DNA of 63,090 nucleotides, taken from NCBI GenBank assembly GCA_964519805.1, contig CAZFKN010000004.1:1-63090 (forward strand). Reading direction: 5' to 3'. Position numbers and translations under genes: made by a program. A model generated the notes under the pieces. The model was not told the origin of the DNA and ran no database searches. It saw only the letters and a program-made list of their open reading frames with translations. Source of the stretch: an uncultured Gemmatimonadaceae bacterium (GTDB lineage Bacteria > Gemmatimonadota > Gemmatimonadetes > Gemmatimonadales > GWC2-71-9). Positions 33,803 to 42,897 of the stretch are shown here, one piece after another (position 1 is the first letter of the stretch; each line of letters begins with the position of its first letter).

Positions 33803-35703
33803 TGAATCTGTGCCCCCAGTTCCACGACCCTATTCGGCGGCAGCCCGAAGAACGACGCGGCCGACTGCGCGTTGCGGGTCATCACCACGAAGAGCTTCTT
33901 TCGCCACCGCGCCATCTTCCGGCCACCCGAGGCGATGAGCGTCTCCCGGCCCAGATAGAACGTCGTCTGCATGAGATTGATCGTGAGGCCGAGCCCGACC
34001 GGTGGGGGCTGGGTCAGGGCTTTGACGACGGCCGGCACATCCGGAGACTCCATGAACCCGTAGTGCGCGATCACCTGGCAGATACCCTCGCCGAGACCGA
34101 TCGACCGAAGCCGGTCCCGCTCCGCGACCACGGGAATCTCCTTGGTGACGACCGACAGCAGGATGACCCGCTCGTGCAGAACCTGGTTGTGCTTGAGGTG
34201 GTGTAGCAGCACTGGGGGGGCACCGCTCGAGTCTGAGGTCAGGAACACCGCGACGCCGGGCACCCGCGGCGGCTTGCGCCGGGCGATATCCTGCAGGAAC
34301 AGATCCATCGGCAGCGCGTTCTCTCTCATGATCCCGGCCAGGAGCACCCGCCCCTGTTTCCAGGTCGCCATGAGCGTGAATATCCCCAGCGCCACCACAA
34401 TGGGGAACCAGCCTCCGTGCGTGACCTTCACCAGGTTGGCCGCGAAGAAGGTCACGTCCACGACCAAGAACAGTCCGGCCAGCGCGCCCGCCTTCCAGAG
34501 CGGCCAGCGCCAGCGTGCCCGCATGACCTCGTAGTACAGGACCGTGGTGATCGTCATGGTGCCGGTCACGGCGATGCCGTACGCGGCCGCCAGGTTGCTC
34601 GATGACCGGTACGCCAGCACCAGCCCGATGCATGCGACCGCCAGCGCCTGGTTCACTTCGGGGATGTAGACCTGCCCCGCCTCCGTGTGCGACGTGTGCT
34701 TGATGGTGACCCGCGGACAGTAGCCCAGCTGCACCGCCTGCTGTGTGAGTGAGAACGCGCCGGAGATCAGGGCCTGCGACGCGACGATCGCCGCCAGCGT
34801 CGCCACGACGATCATCGGCAGCAGCAAGGGGGTGGGCACGAGCGCGTAGAACGGGTTCCGCGCGGCCGCCGGATCGTGCAGCAGGAGGGCGCCCTGCCCG
34901 AAGTAGTTGAGCAGCAGCGCGGGCAGCACGAGGCCGAACCACGCGATGCGGATCGGGCGCTTGCCGAAATGCCCCATGTCGGCGTACAGCGCCTCGCCGC
35001 CGGTGAAGACCAGGACGACTGCCCCAAGGACCAGGAAGCCGCGCAGCCCGTCTTCCATGAAGAACTTCACGGCGTACCAGGGGTTCAGCGCTCGGATGAC
35101 CGAGGCGTCCAGGAGGATTCCCCGGATGCCCAGGAGCGCGATGCATGCGAACCAGACCAGCGTGATCGGGCCGAAGACGGCCCCAACGCCGGCGGTTCCG
35201 CGCTTCTGGAAGAGGAACAGAGCCAACAGGATCGCGACCGTGATGGGTACGACGAACGGGTCGAAGGCGGGCGCCACCACCTTGAGCCCTTCCATGGCGC
35301 CGAGTACCGAGATCGCCGGGGTGATGACGCCGTCGCCGTAAAGCAGCGCCGCGCCGAACAGGCCGAGCGGAAGGAGGACTCGCCGGATCCGGGTCCGGCC
35401 GGTGATGCCCTTTTGCCGGACGAGCGCCATGAGCGCCAGGATGCCGCCCTCACCCCGGTTGTCCGCCCGCATCACGAGCGAGATGTACTTGAAGGAGACA
35501 ACGAAGTTGAGGGACCAGACGATCAGCGAGAGGATGCCGAGCACGTTGTCGACGGTGGGGGGGAGCCCGTGCTCGCCGGTGAAGCATTCCCGCAGCGCGT
35601 ACAGCGGGCTGGTACCGATGTCGCCGTAGACGACACCCAGCGCCGCCAGCACCAGCCCGGCGAGGACCGGCCCCCGCGCCGGGGCCTTGGCGCCTTGCGA
35701 CAC
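33796..35703 (-). CDS. kup: KUP/HAK/KT family potassium transporter
   Basis: 635 aa. The N-terminus LGVVYGDIGTSPLY is the Kup signature. It has 12 TM segments plus a cytoplasmic C-terminal domain. Confidence 0.9.
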   Translation of the reverse strand: MSQGAKAPARGPVLAGLVLAALGVVYGDIGTSPLYALRECFTGEHGLPPTVDNVLGILSLIVWSLNFVVSFKYISLVMRADNRGEGGILALMALVRQKGITGRTRIRRVLLPLGLFGAALLYGDGVITPAISVLGAMEGLKVVAPAFDPFVVPITVAILLALFLFQKRGTAGVGAVFGPITLVWFACIALLGIRGILLDASVIRALNPWYAVKFFMEDGLRGFLVLGAVVLVFTGGEALYADMGHFGKRPIRIAWFGLVLPALLLNYFGQGALLLHDPAAARNPFYALVPTPLLLPMIVVATLAAIVASQALISGAFSLTQQAVQLGYCPRVTIKHTSHTEAGQVYIPEVNQALAVACIGLVLAYRSSSNLAAAYGIAVTGTMTITTVLYYEVMRARWRWPLWKAGALAGLFLVVDVTFFAANLVKVTHGGWFPIVVALGIFTLMATWKQGRVLLAGIMRENALPMDLFLQDIARRKPPRVPGVAVFLTSDSSGAPPVLLHHLKHNQVLHERVILLSVVTKEIPVVAERDRLRSIGLGEGICQVIAHYGFMESPDVPAVVKALTQPPPVGLGLTINLMQTTFYLGRETLIASGGRKMARWRKKLFVVMTRNAQSAASFFGLPPNRVVELGAQIQL

Positions 35704-35704
35704 G

Positions 35705-36358
35705 TCAGCGGGGCGTCAGCGAATCGACGAGATGCGCGATAGCGTCCGAATCGAGCCGGCCCTGGTAGAGGCGCCCCGCCACCAGTAGCATGGGCGTCGC
35801 GCTCACGCCGACACGCACGCCCTCGTCATAGCTCGCCTGGATGCGACCGGCAAATTTCGCGGCCTTCATGCACGCGTCGTACCGCGCGAGATCCAGACCG
35901 CTTGCCCCCGCGTACTGCCGGAAGATCGGGGCCGCGTCCTGGGATTCGGCCCAGTCCGCCTGGCCTTCATAGATCCTGCGGTGCTGCTCCCAGTACTTGC
36001 CCTGCTCGTCCGCGCACGCGGCCGAATGGGCGGCGACGCGAGAAAATGAATGCTGCTGCAGCGGGAAGTCCCGATACCGCCAGCGGAGGCGGCCGGTGTC
36101 GATCAGCCGCTCCTTGATCGTCGGCATCTGGAGCGTCGAAAATGTTTGGCAGAACGGGCATTGATAGTCCGCGTACTCCGTGATCTCGACCTTGGCGCTG
36201 TCCGAGCCGAGGACGTACCCGTGGAATCCCGCCGTGTCGGCGGGCTGAACGGTCACGTTGGCCGGGACACTGGCCGGCCGAGGACGCGACAGCATCCATC
36301 CCAGTACGCCGACCCCGATCACGGCAACGCCGCTAAGCGCCGTGTAAAACCCTCTCAT
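35705..36358 (-). CDS. DsbA-family thiol:disulfide oxidoreductase, membrane-anchored
   Basis: The CxxC motif is in YADYQCPFCQ, within a thioredoxin fold with an N-terminal TM anchor. The ATG at 36358 overlaps the upstream stop (ATGA); an alternative ATG is at 36379. Confidence 0.75.
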   Translation of the reverse strand: MRGFYTALSGVAVIGVGVLGWMLSRPRPASVPANVTVQPADTAGFHGYVLGSDSAKVEITEYADYQCPFCQTFSTLQMPTIKERLIDTGRLRWRYRDFPLQQHSFSRVAAHSAACADEQGKYWEQHRRIYEGQADWAESQDAAPIFRQYAGASGLDLARYDACMKAAKFAGRIQASYDEGVRVGVSATPMLLVAGRLYQGRLDSDAIAHLVDSLTPR

Positions 36359-36669
36359 GCCGACGGGGGTGCCCGCCATGGCTCGTCGTCCTCCGGTTCC
36401 TCGAGCTTGAACGTGCCCTTCTTTTGCTGGGCTTCCTCGACGATCCGCCGGTTCTCCGCCACCTCCGGCGTGTCGTATGTGCTGCGGACTTCGTAATGGA
36501 ACAGCTCCGACCGGGCGTCGCCCATCAACCGAAGCAGCTCTGGCACCCCGCCCAGGAGCTGCCCACCCCGGTCCAGCTCCTGGATTCGTGCGGCCAGCGC
36601 ACGGAGCAACTCCGCCAGACGCTCCGCCCGACCCTTGTCGTACACCTCGTCGTGCTCCGCCATGCCCAC
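36355..36669 (-). CDS. Hypothetical protein (104 aa, acidic, helical)
   Basis: The composition is coherent and non-shadow-like, and the gene is translationally coupled to the dsbA-like gene. I recognise no family. Confidence 0.45.
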   Translation of the reverse strand: MGMAEHDEVYDKGRAERLAELLRALAARIQELDRGGQLLGGVPELLRLMGDARSELFHYEVRSTYDTPEVAENRRIVEEAQQKKGTFKLEEPEDDEPWRAPPSA

Positions 36670-36841
36670 CTTGCGATGCCCCGGAGGGAACCGCCCTCAA
36701 GTTCGCGTGGTTTATACCGGTGAATGTAATGCGGGCCGTGCATCGACGGGGGCTTCGAACGTCTTTGCACCCGATGGTGCGATCCTGTTATCATTCGCGC
36801 GGCGCGAAAGCGCCCCGACACTCGAACTCCAAGGAAGGTCG

Positions 36842-37126
36842 ATGAGCAAGAAGAAGCCCAGGCGTCTCCCGGCGGCCGCGTCCTCGTTCGATCAGGCCCG
36901 TGACGAGATGTTCAGTCACATCCTCCGGTGCGGCGTCATCGAAGCCCTCCCCGAGCACCAGAAGGAGTGGTTCGACGACACCATGCAGTACCTTACGGAC
37001 CGGTATCCGGACCTGACCAAGGAAGAGGTAGCGAGGCTGCGCACGTTGGGCGAACGGTACTGCCAGCCCGTACAGCGGCGCGCCGAGCCCATCCGTCAGG
37101 AGAGCGCAGGCTCAGTCGCGGTCTGA
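36842..37126 (+). CDS. Hypothetical protein (94 aa)
   Basis: The ATG at 36842 is preceded by AAGGAAGG. The composition is balanced (MSKKKPRRLP...EWFDDTMQYLTDRYPDLTKEE). I recognise no family. Confidence 0.4.
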   Translation: MSKKKPRRLPAAASSFDQARDEMFSHILRCGVIEALPEHQKEWFDDTMQYLTDRYPDLTKEEVARLRTLGERYCQPVQRRAEPIRQESAGSVAV

Positions 37127-37151
37127 CCCACCTGGTCACCGCGTACCCGCT

Positions 37152-37177
37152 CGCCCCGAGGCAACCGCCTCGGGGCG
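37152..37177. terminator. GC hairpin between convergent genes
   Basis: CGCCCCGAGGC-aacc-GCCTCGGGGCG forms a perfect 11-bp stem. It ends 1 nt before the stop of the minus-strand gene. Confidence 0.5.
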
Positions 37178-37633
37178 TCAGTGTTTCCGGACCGCCCGGC
37201 GCCAGCGCCAACCAGCCATGAGCCGGATGCCCCCACCCACACCCGCTTCGATCGCCCAGCCGGATCGACCCCCTGGCGCTGCCTCCAGTCCCACCAGCCC
37301 CACGACATATCCCTGGTCCACCGCGCCCACCACGCCGGCGATCCCACCGCCGAGGTAGACGCCTGGGCCTGCCTTCGCCGCCGGGCTCAGCAGAAAGTGG
37401 GCAAGCAACTCCCCGCGCCCTGCCGCCCGGCCATCCGACACACCCAGGCCGGCTGTGACGGCGAGCCGCATGCGTGTCGACGCGCGAACCGCCCCGTAGA
37501 GGCCCCCCGTCACCAAGGCAGGATCGGCCGTGGTGATCAGCGCTTGCCCGCCCGCTTCGAGCGTCGTCTGGGCGGCCGCCGGCCTGGCGCAGACGGCGGC
37601 GAGGACCGTCAGGCTACGCCACGTGGAGGTCAT
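37178..37633 (-). CDS. Hypothetical secreted Gly/Ala-rich protein
   Basis: From the ATG at 37633. The signal peptide is MTSTWRSLTVLAAVCARPAAAQ, followed by a Gly-rich beta-like sequence. The rest of track ORF 37178..37954 overlaps the OsmC gene out of frame. Confidence 0.4.
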   Translation of the reverse strand: MTSTWRSLTVLAAVCARPAAAQTTLEAGGQALITTADPALVTGGLYGAVRASTRMRLAVTAGLGVSDGRAAGRGELLAHFLLSPAAKAGPGVYLGGGIAGVVGAVDQGYVVGLVGLEAAPGGRSGWAIEAGVGGGIRLMAGWRWRRAVRKH

Positions 37634-38024
37634 ACTCGACCGCGATGTCCGGCGCGAGCGAGTGCACGACCGAGCAGTACTTCTCGAGGGAGAGATCGAT
37701 GGCGCGGCGAGCCTTGGCCTCGTCGAGGCCGGTTCCTCGGACGTGGAATACAAAGCGAATGGATACGAAGCGGCGGGGCACCGACTCGCGCCGCACGCCG
37801 GCGACGTCGATCCGAAGAGATTCGAGTCCGACCTGCATCTTCTCGAGGATCGAGACCACGTCCGCGCCGCTGCATGTGGCCGCGGCCAGGAGCAGCGTGA
37901 GCGTCGGACCCGGTGCCACCGCGTTGTCCGCGTCCACCAGGGAGGTCGGACCACCCGGCTCGCCGCCGCGGAACCGCGTTCCGCCCTCCCACACGACCGC
38001 TACCCGTTTCGTCTCAGCGGTCAC
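37614..38024 (-). CDS. OsmC/Ohr family peroxiredoxin-like protein
   Basis: 136 aa. The two conserved Cys contexts (AAATCSG and EKYCSV) are typical of OsmC. Confidence 0.8.
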   Translation of the reverse strand: MTAETKRVAVVWEGGTRFRGGEPGGPTSLVDADNAVAPGPTLTLLLAAATCSGADVVSILEKMQVGLESLRIDVAGVRRESVPRRFVSIRFVFHVRGTGLDEAKARRAIDLSLEKYCSVVHSLAPDIAVEYDLHVA

Positions 38025-38044
38025 GTGGCATCTCCGTCGCCGGA

Positions 38045-38626
38045 TTACTCAGGACCGACCCCGCCCAGCGGCCGCTTCTCCCGCCCCGCGACCCGGGTGT
38101 AGTCCCAGATCGCGTACAGGCCGACGGCCGCGGTCGCCCAGACCAGCTCGTGCAAGAGCGGGGAGTCGAGCAGAAATGCGATCAGCGTAAGGAGCTGGCC
38201 CACCGTGACTGCCTTGCCACCGAGACGGGCGGGAATGGCGGTGGCGCGGCGGGACAGCGCCGTGATTGCGAACGCCACCGTCGCCACGATGTCGCGGAGG
38301 AGCACGCCGACGACCTCGTACCACGCCAGCTGACCCGACAGGGCAACGACCCCAAACGCCGAGGCCATGAAGAGCTTGTCCGCCACCGGATCCAGCACGG
38401 CACCCAGACGCGACGATCCGAATCGCCGCGCGATCGGTCCGTCCAGCAAGTCGGTGGCGGAGGCCACGACCACGATGCTGACCCGCGCCCAGGTATCCGT
38501 GACGAGCGGAAAGAGGATGGCCAGCGGCACCCGGAGAGCCGTCAGCAGGTCGGCTGCGCTCCATTGGCGCCGGGGCTGGGTGTCGGAGCGGGGGAGGCTG
38601 TCTGCCCTCATGGCCCAAACATACAA
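38045..38626 (-). CDS. CDP-alcohol phosphatidyltransferase family protein (PgsA-like)
   Basis: DLLDGPIARRFGSSRLGAVLDPVADK matches the D-G-x2-A-R-x8-G-x3-D-x3-D motif. Confidence 0.8.
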   Translation of the reverse strand: MYVWAMRADSLPRSDTQPRRQWSAADLLTALRVPLAILFPLVTDTWARVSIVVVASATDLLDGPIARRFGSSRLGAVLDPVADKLFMASAFGVVALSGQLAWYEVVGVLLRDIVATVAFAITALSRRATAIPARLGGKAVTVGQLLTLIAFLLDSPLLHELVWATAAVGLYAIWDYTRVAGREKRPLGGVGPE

Positions 38627-38657
38627 CGAGGGTCGATGGCGCCGGCGCTCGCCGGCG

Positions 38658-41270
38658 CTACTTGCCGCCGCCCGTCCCTCGCACGACGCCCTCCGCGCGA
38701 GCGAGCCCCTTCAGGTGCGCCGCGGCGAGGGCCTGCACCTGCTCGATCGACACTTGCCGGTATGCGGCTCCCGGATCGGCCAGCTCCCGGAGTCCGTCGC
38801 CCACGAGCCAGGCCTCCAGCACCTCGCCGGCGACGCTGGTCGCGTGCTGCCGTCTCACCTCTGCCTGTCCTGACAGGTAGTTCACCGCCTGCGTCAGCTC
38901 GGTCGTCGTCACCGGCTCTCGCACGAACCGCTCCAGCTCTTCCAGCATGGCGGCGCGCGCCTCCGCCTCGCGCTCGGGCGACGTGGCGATATAGGAGACG
39001 AGCGCGCCGGCACGGCCCTTTTGCCAGGATGACGCGAGTACCGTGTAGGCCAGCGATCTCCGATCGCGTAGCGCCTCGAATATCCGGCCCCCCAGCCCGC
39101 TCGCGACCGCCGCCCAGACCTCGGCGGTGAAGCGCTCGGGGCTCCGGCGATCCGGACCGCGGAAGACCATCGCGAGTGCGGTCTGGGCCTTGTCCCGGCG
39201 CACCACCCGCTCCCGCGGCCGCGAGTCGAGGGTCCACTCGAGCGACGTGAGCGCCGGCGCGGCCGCTCGCGCCGGTAGACTCTCGAACACGCCGGCGAGC
39301 ACGTCAGCCGCGGACTCCGGGGTGACGTCGCCGACGGCGACGATGACCGCACGGGCAGCGAGCAGTGTCTGCTCGTGCCACCGTCGGGCGTCGCTGCCGG
39401 CGAGGTCGACCAGGGTCTCGGGCAGGCCCGTGATCGGAAGCCCGTAGCCCGCGTCGCCGAACGCTTCCGCGAAGGCGAGCTGGAACGGATAGCGGAACAT
39501 GTCGTCCGCGACCTGCCGCGCTTCCGCGACGAGCAGGTCGCGCTCGGCGGCCACGTCCTGATCGGCGAGTGCCGGCGTCCGGTGCACGGCGTCGATCAGG
39601 GCCGCCGCGTCCCCCAGCCGTTCCGCCAGCGCCGTCAGCCCCACGCCCGTCCAGTCAGAGGTCAACCCCGCCCCAAGCGTACCGCCCAGCCGCTCGGCCG
39701 CGAACGCCAGGCCGCCGGCGTCGAGGCCGGCGGCGCCACGGAGCCCGCTTCGCACCGTGAGCGCGCCTAAGCCCGCCTGCCCGGGCGGATCGAACTCCAG
39801 ACGCGGTATGTAGAGGCCGAGGTTGACGGTGGGAACACCCCGCTTGCGACGGATCAGCAGATCGGCGCCCGGAAGCGAGACGTGCAGCACCTCCGACTCG
39901 ACGCTCCCGCGCACCGCGCGGCTCCCGGGCGGTGATGGTGCGGACCCCACCGGCCCCCTCGTCGGGGGAAGCGCCGTGACCGCGAAGGTCCGGGCAAGTT
40001 GGTCCGCGGTGAGCTCCATGCCGGCGTCCCGCGGGAGGTAGGCGACCGCCGAGACCGCTTCCGGATCGAGATAGCCCGCCGCGACGGTCCTCACGTCGTC
40101 GGCCGAGGCCGCGACAAGCGCCGCGTACTCCCGGTCAAGCACGCTGACGTCCTCGAGGGCTTCCGCCGCCGCCAGCGCCGCGGCACGCCCTTCCATCGAC
40201 TCGAGCCGGCGCGCCCAGCGGGTGAGGAGGAGCGTCTTTGCCCGGTCCAGATCCGCCGCGGACGGCCCGGCCAGCCCCAGTCGGGCCGTGGCCTGTGCGA
40301 TCCCCTCGACAGCGCCCGGCACGCGCTCCGCCTCGAGATCGGCCGTGATGCCGAAGACCCCGAGCTCGGTCGGCGAGTAGTTATAGGCGGCGATCGACGT
40401 CACGACGCCGGTCTCCCGGAGGGACCGCTGGAGCCAGCTGCCGCGACCCGCGGCGAGTACCGCCGCGGCTACGTCGAGGGAGGCCGCATCCGGATGCAGG
40501 GGTGGCACCGTGCGCCAGCCGACCGCAAGCTCGGCCTGGCTCACATCGCCCCGAAGCGTGCGCGCCCGAACGTCTCGTCGAGGCGGCTCGTCGGGCGACG
40601 GGTCGCGGGCGCCCGGCGCTGGAGCCCAGCCCTGGTAGGCCTCTCGCGCCATGGCCAGCGCCTGCCCCGGCTCGACCGCTCCCACGATCGCCACGATCGT
40701 GCGCTCCGGCACGTAGCGCGACTGGTAGTAGGCCCAGAGATCATCCCGCGTGAGGCGGGCGAGGTCGGCCTCGTAACCGATCCGCCACCGGCGAATCCGG
40801 TGGCGGTCGAACATGATCTCGTGCAGCGTCTCGTAGGCGACCGCCCCGGCATTGTCGAGCTTGCGCTTCGCCTCCTGGATGATCACGCGAAGCTCGCGGG
40901 CCAGCTCGTCGGCGTCGATCAGGGAGTTCCGGAGCGCGTCGCTCTGAATGTCGAGCGCGGCCGCGAGGGCGTCGGCCGGCAGCACGGTGAAATACGCCGT
41001 GTGGTCGTAGCTCGTGCTGGCGTTCAGATAACCGCCGGCGGCTTTGGTCTCGCGCGCCACCGCCCCGACGCCCCGACGCTTGGTCCCCTTGAAGAACATG
41101 TGCTCCAGCACGTGCGAGATGCCGACCCACCGGTCCGGCTCGTCGAAGAATCCCGCCTTCACGTGCGTGACCACCGCCACGACCGGTGCGGAGTCATCGC
41201 GCTGGGCCAGCAGCGTGAGCCCGTTGGGGAGCACTTCGCGCACGGCGCCGGCGGACCAGCGCTCGGTCAT
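38658..41270 (-). CDS. Fused double-unit M16 (pitrilysin/insulinase) family zinc protease, no signal peptide
   Basis: From the ATG at 41270 (MTERWSAGAVREVLPNGLTL). The HxxEH motif is HVLEHMFFKG in the first half; the second half is M16-like without the motif. 870 aa. The upstream 227 codons of the track ORF are shadow frame over the permease gene. Confidence 0.8.
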   Translation of the reverse strand: MTERWSAGAVREVLPNGLTLLAQRDDSAPVVAVVTHVKAGFFDEPDRWVGISHVLEHMFFKGTKRRGVGAVARETKAAGGYLNASTSYDHTAYFTVLPADALAAALDIQSDALRNSLIDADELARELRVIIQEAKRKLDNAGAVAYETLHEIMFDRHRIRRWRIGYEADLARLTRDDLWAYYQSRYVPERTIVAIVGAVEPGQALAMAREAYQGWAPAPGARDPSPDEPPRRDVRARTLRGDVSQAELAVGWRTVPPLHPDAASLDVAAAVLAAGRGSWLQRSLRETGVVTSIAAYNYSPTELGVFGITADLEAERVPGAVEGIAQATARLGLAGPSAADLDRAKTLLLTRWARRLESMEGRAAALAAAEALEDVSVLDREYAALVAASADDVRTVAAGYLDPEAVSAVAYLPRDAGMELTADQLARTFAVTALPPTRGPVGSAPSPPGSRAVRGSVESEVLHVSLPGADLLIRRKRGVPTVNLGLYIPRLEFDPPGQAGLGALTVRSGLRGAAGLDAGGLAFAAERLGGTLGAGLTSDWTGVGLTALAERLGDAAALIDAVHRTPALADQDVAAERDLLVAEARQVADDMFRYPFQLAFAEAFGDAGYGLPITGLPETLVDLAGSDARRWHEQTLLAARAVIVAVGDVTPESAADVLAGVFESLPARAAAPALTSLEWTLDSRPRERVVRRDKAQTALAMVFRGPDRRSPERFTAEVWAAVASGLGGRIFEALRDRRSLAYTVLASSWQKGRAGALVSYIATSPEREAEARAAMLEELERFVREPVTTTELTQAVNYLSGQAEVRRQHATSVAGEVLEAWLVGDGLRELADPGAAYRQVSIEQVQALAAAHLKGLARAEGVVRGTGGGK

Positions 41271-41977
41271 TCGCGCGCCCCCCGAGCGAGCGGGCGCCAG
41301 CGGAGCAACGCGAGCGCTCCGAGCACCGCGAGGGATCCGTACACCAGTACGTGAACCAGCGCAGGCCCGTTCGGCAGAGGATCGCCCAGGCGAAGCAGGG
41401 GACGGGGAGGAAGAATCACGTCGAGCACCACGCCGATGGGTCCCCGCTCCACGCCGATCCCGCGCGCCATTCTTACGAGGGTTTGCCAGGCGAGCAATGC
41501 CGCTACCGCGAGCCAGTCTCCCCGGATCAGCGTGGACATGAGGAACACGAGGCCACCGATGACGAGATAAAGCAGCGCCAGTCTGGCAAAGAACGCCGGA
41601 CCAAGCAACGCCAGGTCGAATCGGCTCGCGATCGTCTGGGCGACGACGGCGGTCCCAACGAAGACGGCGACCGCCCCGATCAGCCAGCGCTGGAGATAGT
41701 AGAGCGGCGGGCTTACCGGCTTCGCGAACAGCGTGCGCTGGTGGCCGATCGCGAAGTCGGCGCTGACGATTCCGCCGGTTGCGAGCAACGTGAGGGTGAT
41801 CGCCGTCCAATTGAGGGCCTCGAGGCAGGCGGCCTGAGCTACGTCTCCGACGGGGCCTACCACCTGGATGTTGCTCACGAGCAATGCGGCGACGACGGTC
41901 AGCGCCGCCATCCAGATCCCGGCCCCCAGGGCCAGATCGCGGACCATCCAACCGGCGTATCGCGTGGGGAGCCTCAT
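41267..41977 (-). CDS. Integral membrane protein, probable permease partner of the upstream ABC ATPase
   Basis: From the ATG at 41977 (MRLPTRYAGWMV). About 6 TM segments. ATGA overlaps occur at both ends (with the ATPase and with M16). Confidence 0.5.
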   Translation of the reverse strand: MRLPTRYAGWMVRDLALGAGIWMAALTVVAALLVSNIQVVGPVGDVAQAACLEALNWTAITLTLLATGGIVSADFAIGHQRTLFAKPVSPPLYYLQRWLIGAVAVFVGTAVVAQTIASRFDLALLGPAFFARLALLYLVIGGLVFLMSTLIRGDWLAVAALLAWQTLVRMARGIGVERGPIGVVLDVILPPRPLLRLGDPLPNGPALVHVLVYGSLAVLGALALLRWRPLARGARE

Positions 41978-42897
41978 CGGTCCCCCCCCACCGCCGCCCG
42001 GAACTCGCTCTCCAGCCTGCTCTCCTCGGGCGCGAATGCCGTGACTACCGCCCCAGCCGACAGCAGCTCGGCGAGGCCGCGGTTGAGTGCGTCGAGCTCG
42101 CCGCGGATCCGCCACTCGGTCTGGCGCCCCTCGATGGCGGCGGCATCCGGGAAGACGCGGACCAGCGCGGGATGCGCCGCGCCGAGGGCCAACCGGTACC
42201 CGACCGCCACGCCCGAAGAAGGAACCGCGCCAGCGCCTGCCGTGACGATCCGCTCCACCCGCCCCTGGTGGAGGATCAGCACCCGGTCGGCGAGGCGCTC
42301 CAGCTCATCCAGATTGTGCGACGCGATCAGGATCAGGCGAGAGGGGCGCCGCAGCTCGCGGACGGTGTCACGGAAGCGCTGGGTCCAGACCGGATCGAGC
42401 CCGTGCGTGGGCTCGTCGAGAACGACGAGATCGTTGTCGCCGGCCAGGGCCTGGGCGAGGCCGAGGCGCTGAAGATTGCCTTTGGACAGCTCCCGCACAC
42501 GCTTGGTCCGCTGGTCGGCAAGCCCGAAGTCTGCGAGCAGCGCCTCGACCCGCTCGGGCACGCGCCGGGACGCCACCTCGGCGAGCAGGGCGTAGCGCCG
42601 GAGCGCTGCGTCCACCGACCAGCGCCCCGGAATAGCAACCAGCTCGGCCAAATACCCGGCCCCGTGCCGCTCCACCCAGGCGCGCGGGGGCACGCCCTCG
42701 ACCAGCAGCGTGCCCCGCGTCGGGTACAGGTAGCCGAGGAGCAGCGAGATGAGCGTGGTTTTCCCGGCGCCGTTCGGGCCCGCAACACCGACGACCTCAC
42801 CCCGCGCGAGCGTCAAGGTGAGGTCATCAAGCGCCGGCACTACCCGGCCACCGAGGAGCGAGCGATAGGTTTTGGCGAGGCCCTGCAGCTCGATCAC
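41974..42897 (-). CDS. ABC transporter ATP-binding protein
   Basis: Walker A is GPNGAGKTT, the signature is LSKGNLQR and Walker B is LVVLDEP. The GTG start overlaps the TPR gene stop (GTGA). Confidence 0.85.
   Translation of the reverse strand: MIELQGLAKTYRSLLGGRVVPALDDLTLTLARGEVVGVAGPNGAGKTTLISLLLGYLYPTRGTLLVEGVPPRAWVERHGAGYLAELVAIPGRWSVDAALRRYALLAEVASRRVPERVEALLADFGLADQRTKRVRELSKGNLQRLGLAQALAGDNDLVVLDEPTHGLDPVWTQRFRDTVRELRRPSRLILIASHNLDELERLADRVLILHQGRVERIVTAGAGAVPSSGVAVGYRLALGAAHPALVRVFPDAAAIEGRQTEWRIRGELDALNRGLAELLSAGAVVTAFAPEESRLESEFRAAVGGDR

Noticed and set aside
41271-41951. N-terminal 227-codon extension of the M16 ORF (track 38658..41951)
   Set aside because: The extension is Arg/Gly/Pro-rich and overlaps, out of frame, a coherent 6-TM permease ORF. 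The M16-like sequence begins at the ATG at 41270, which overlaps the permease stop.
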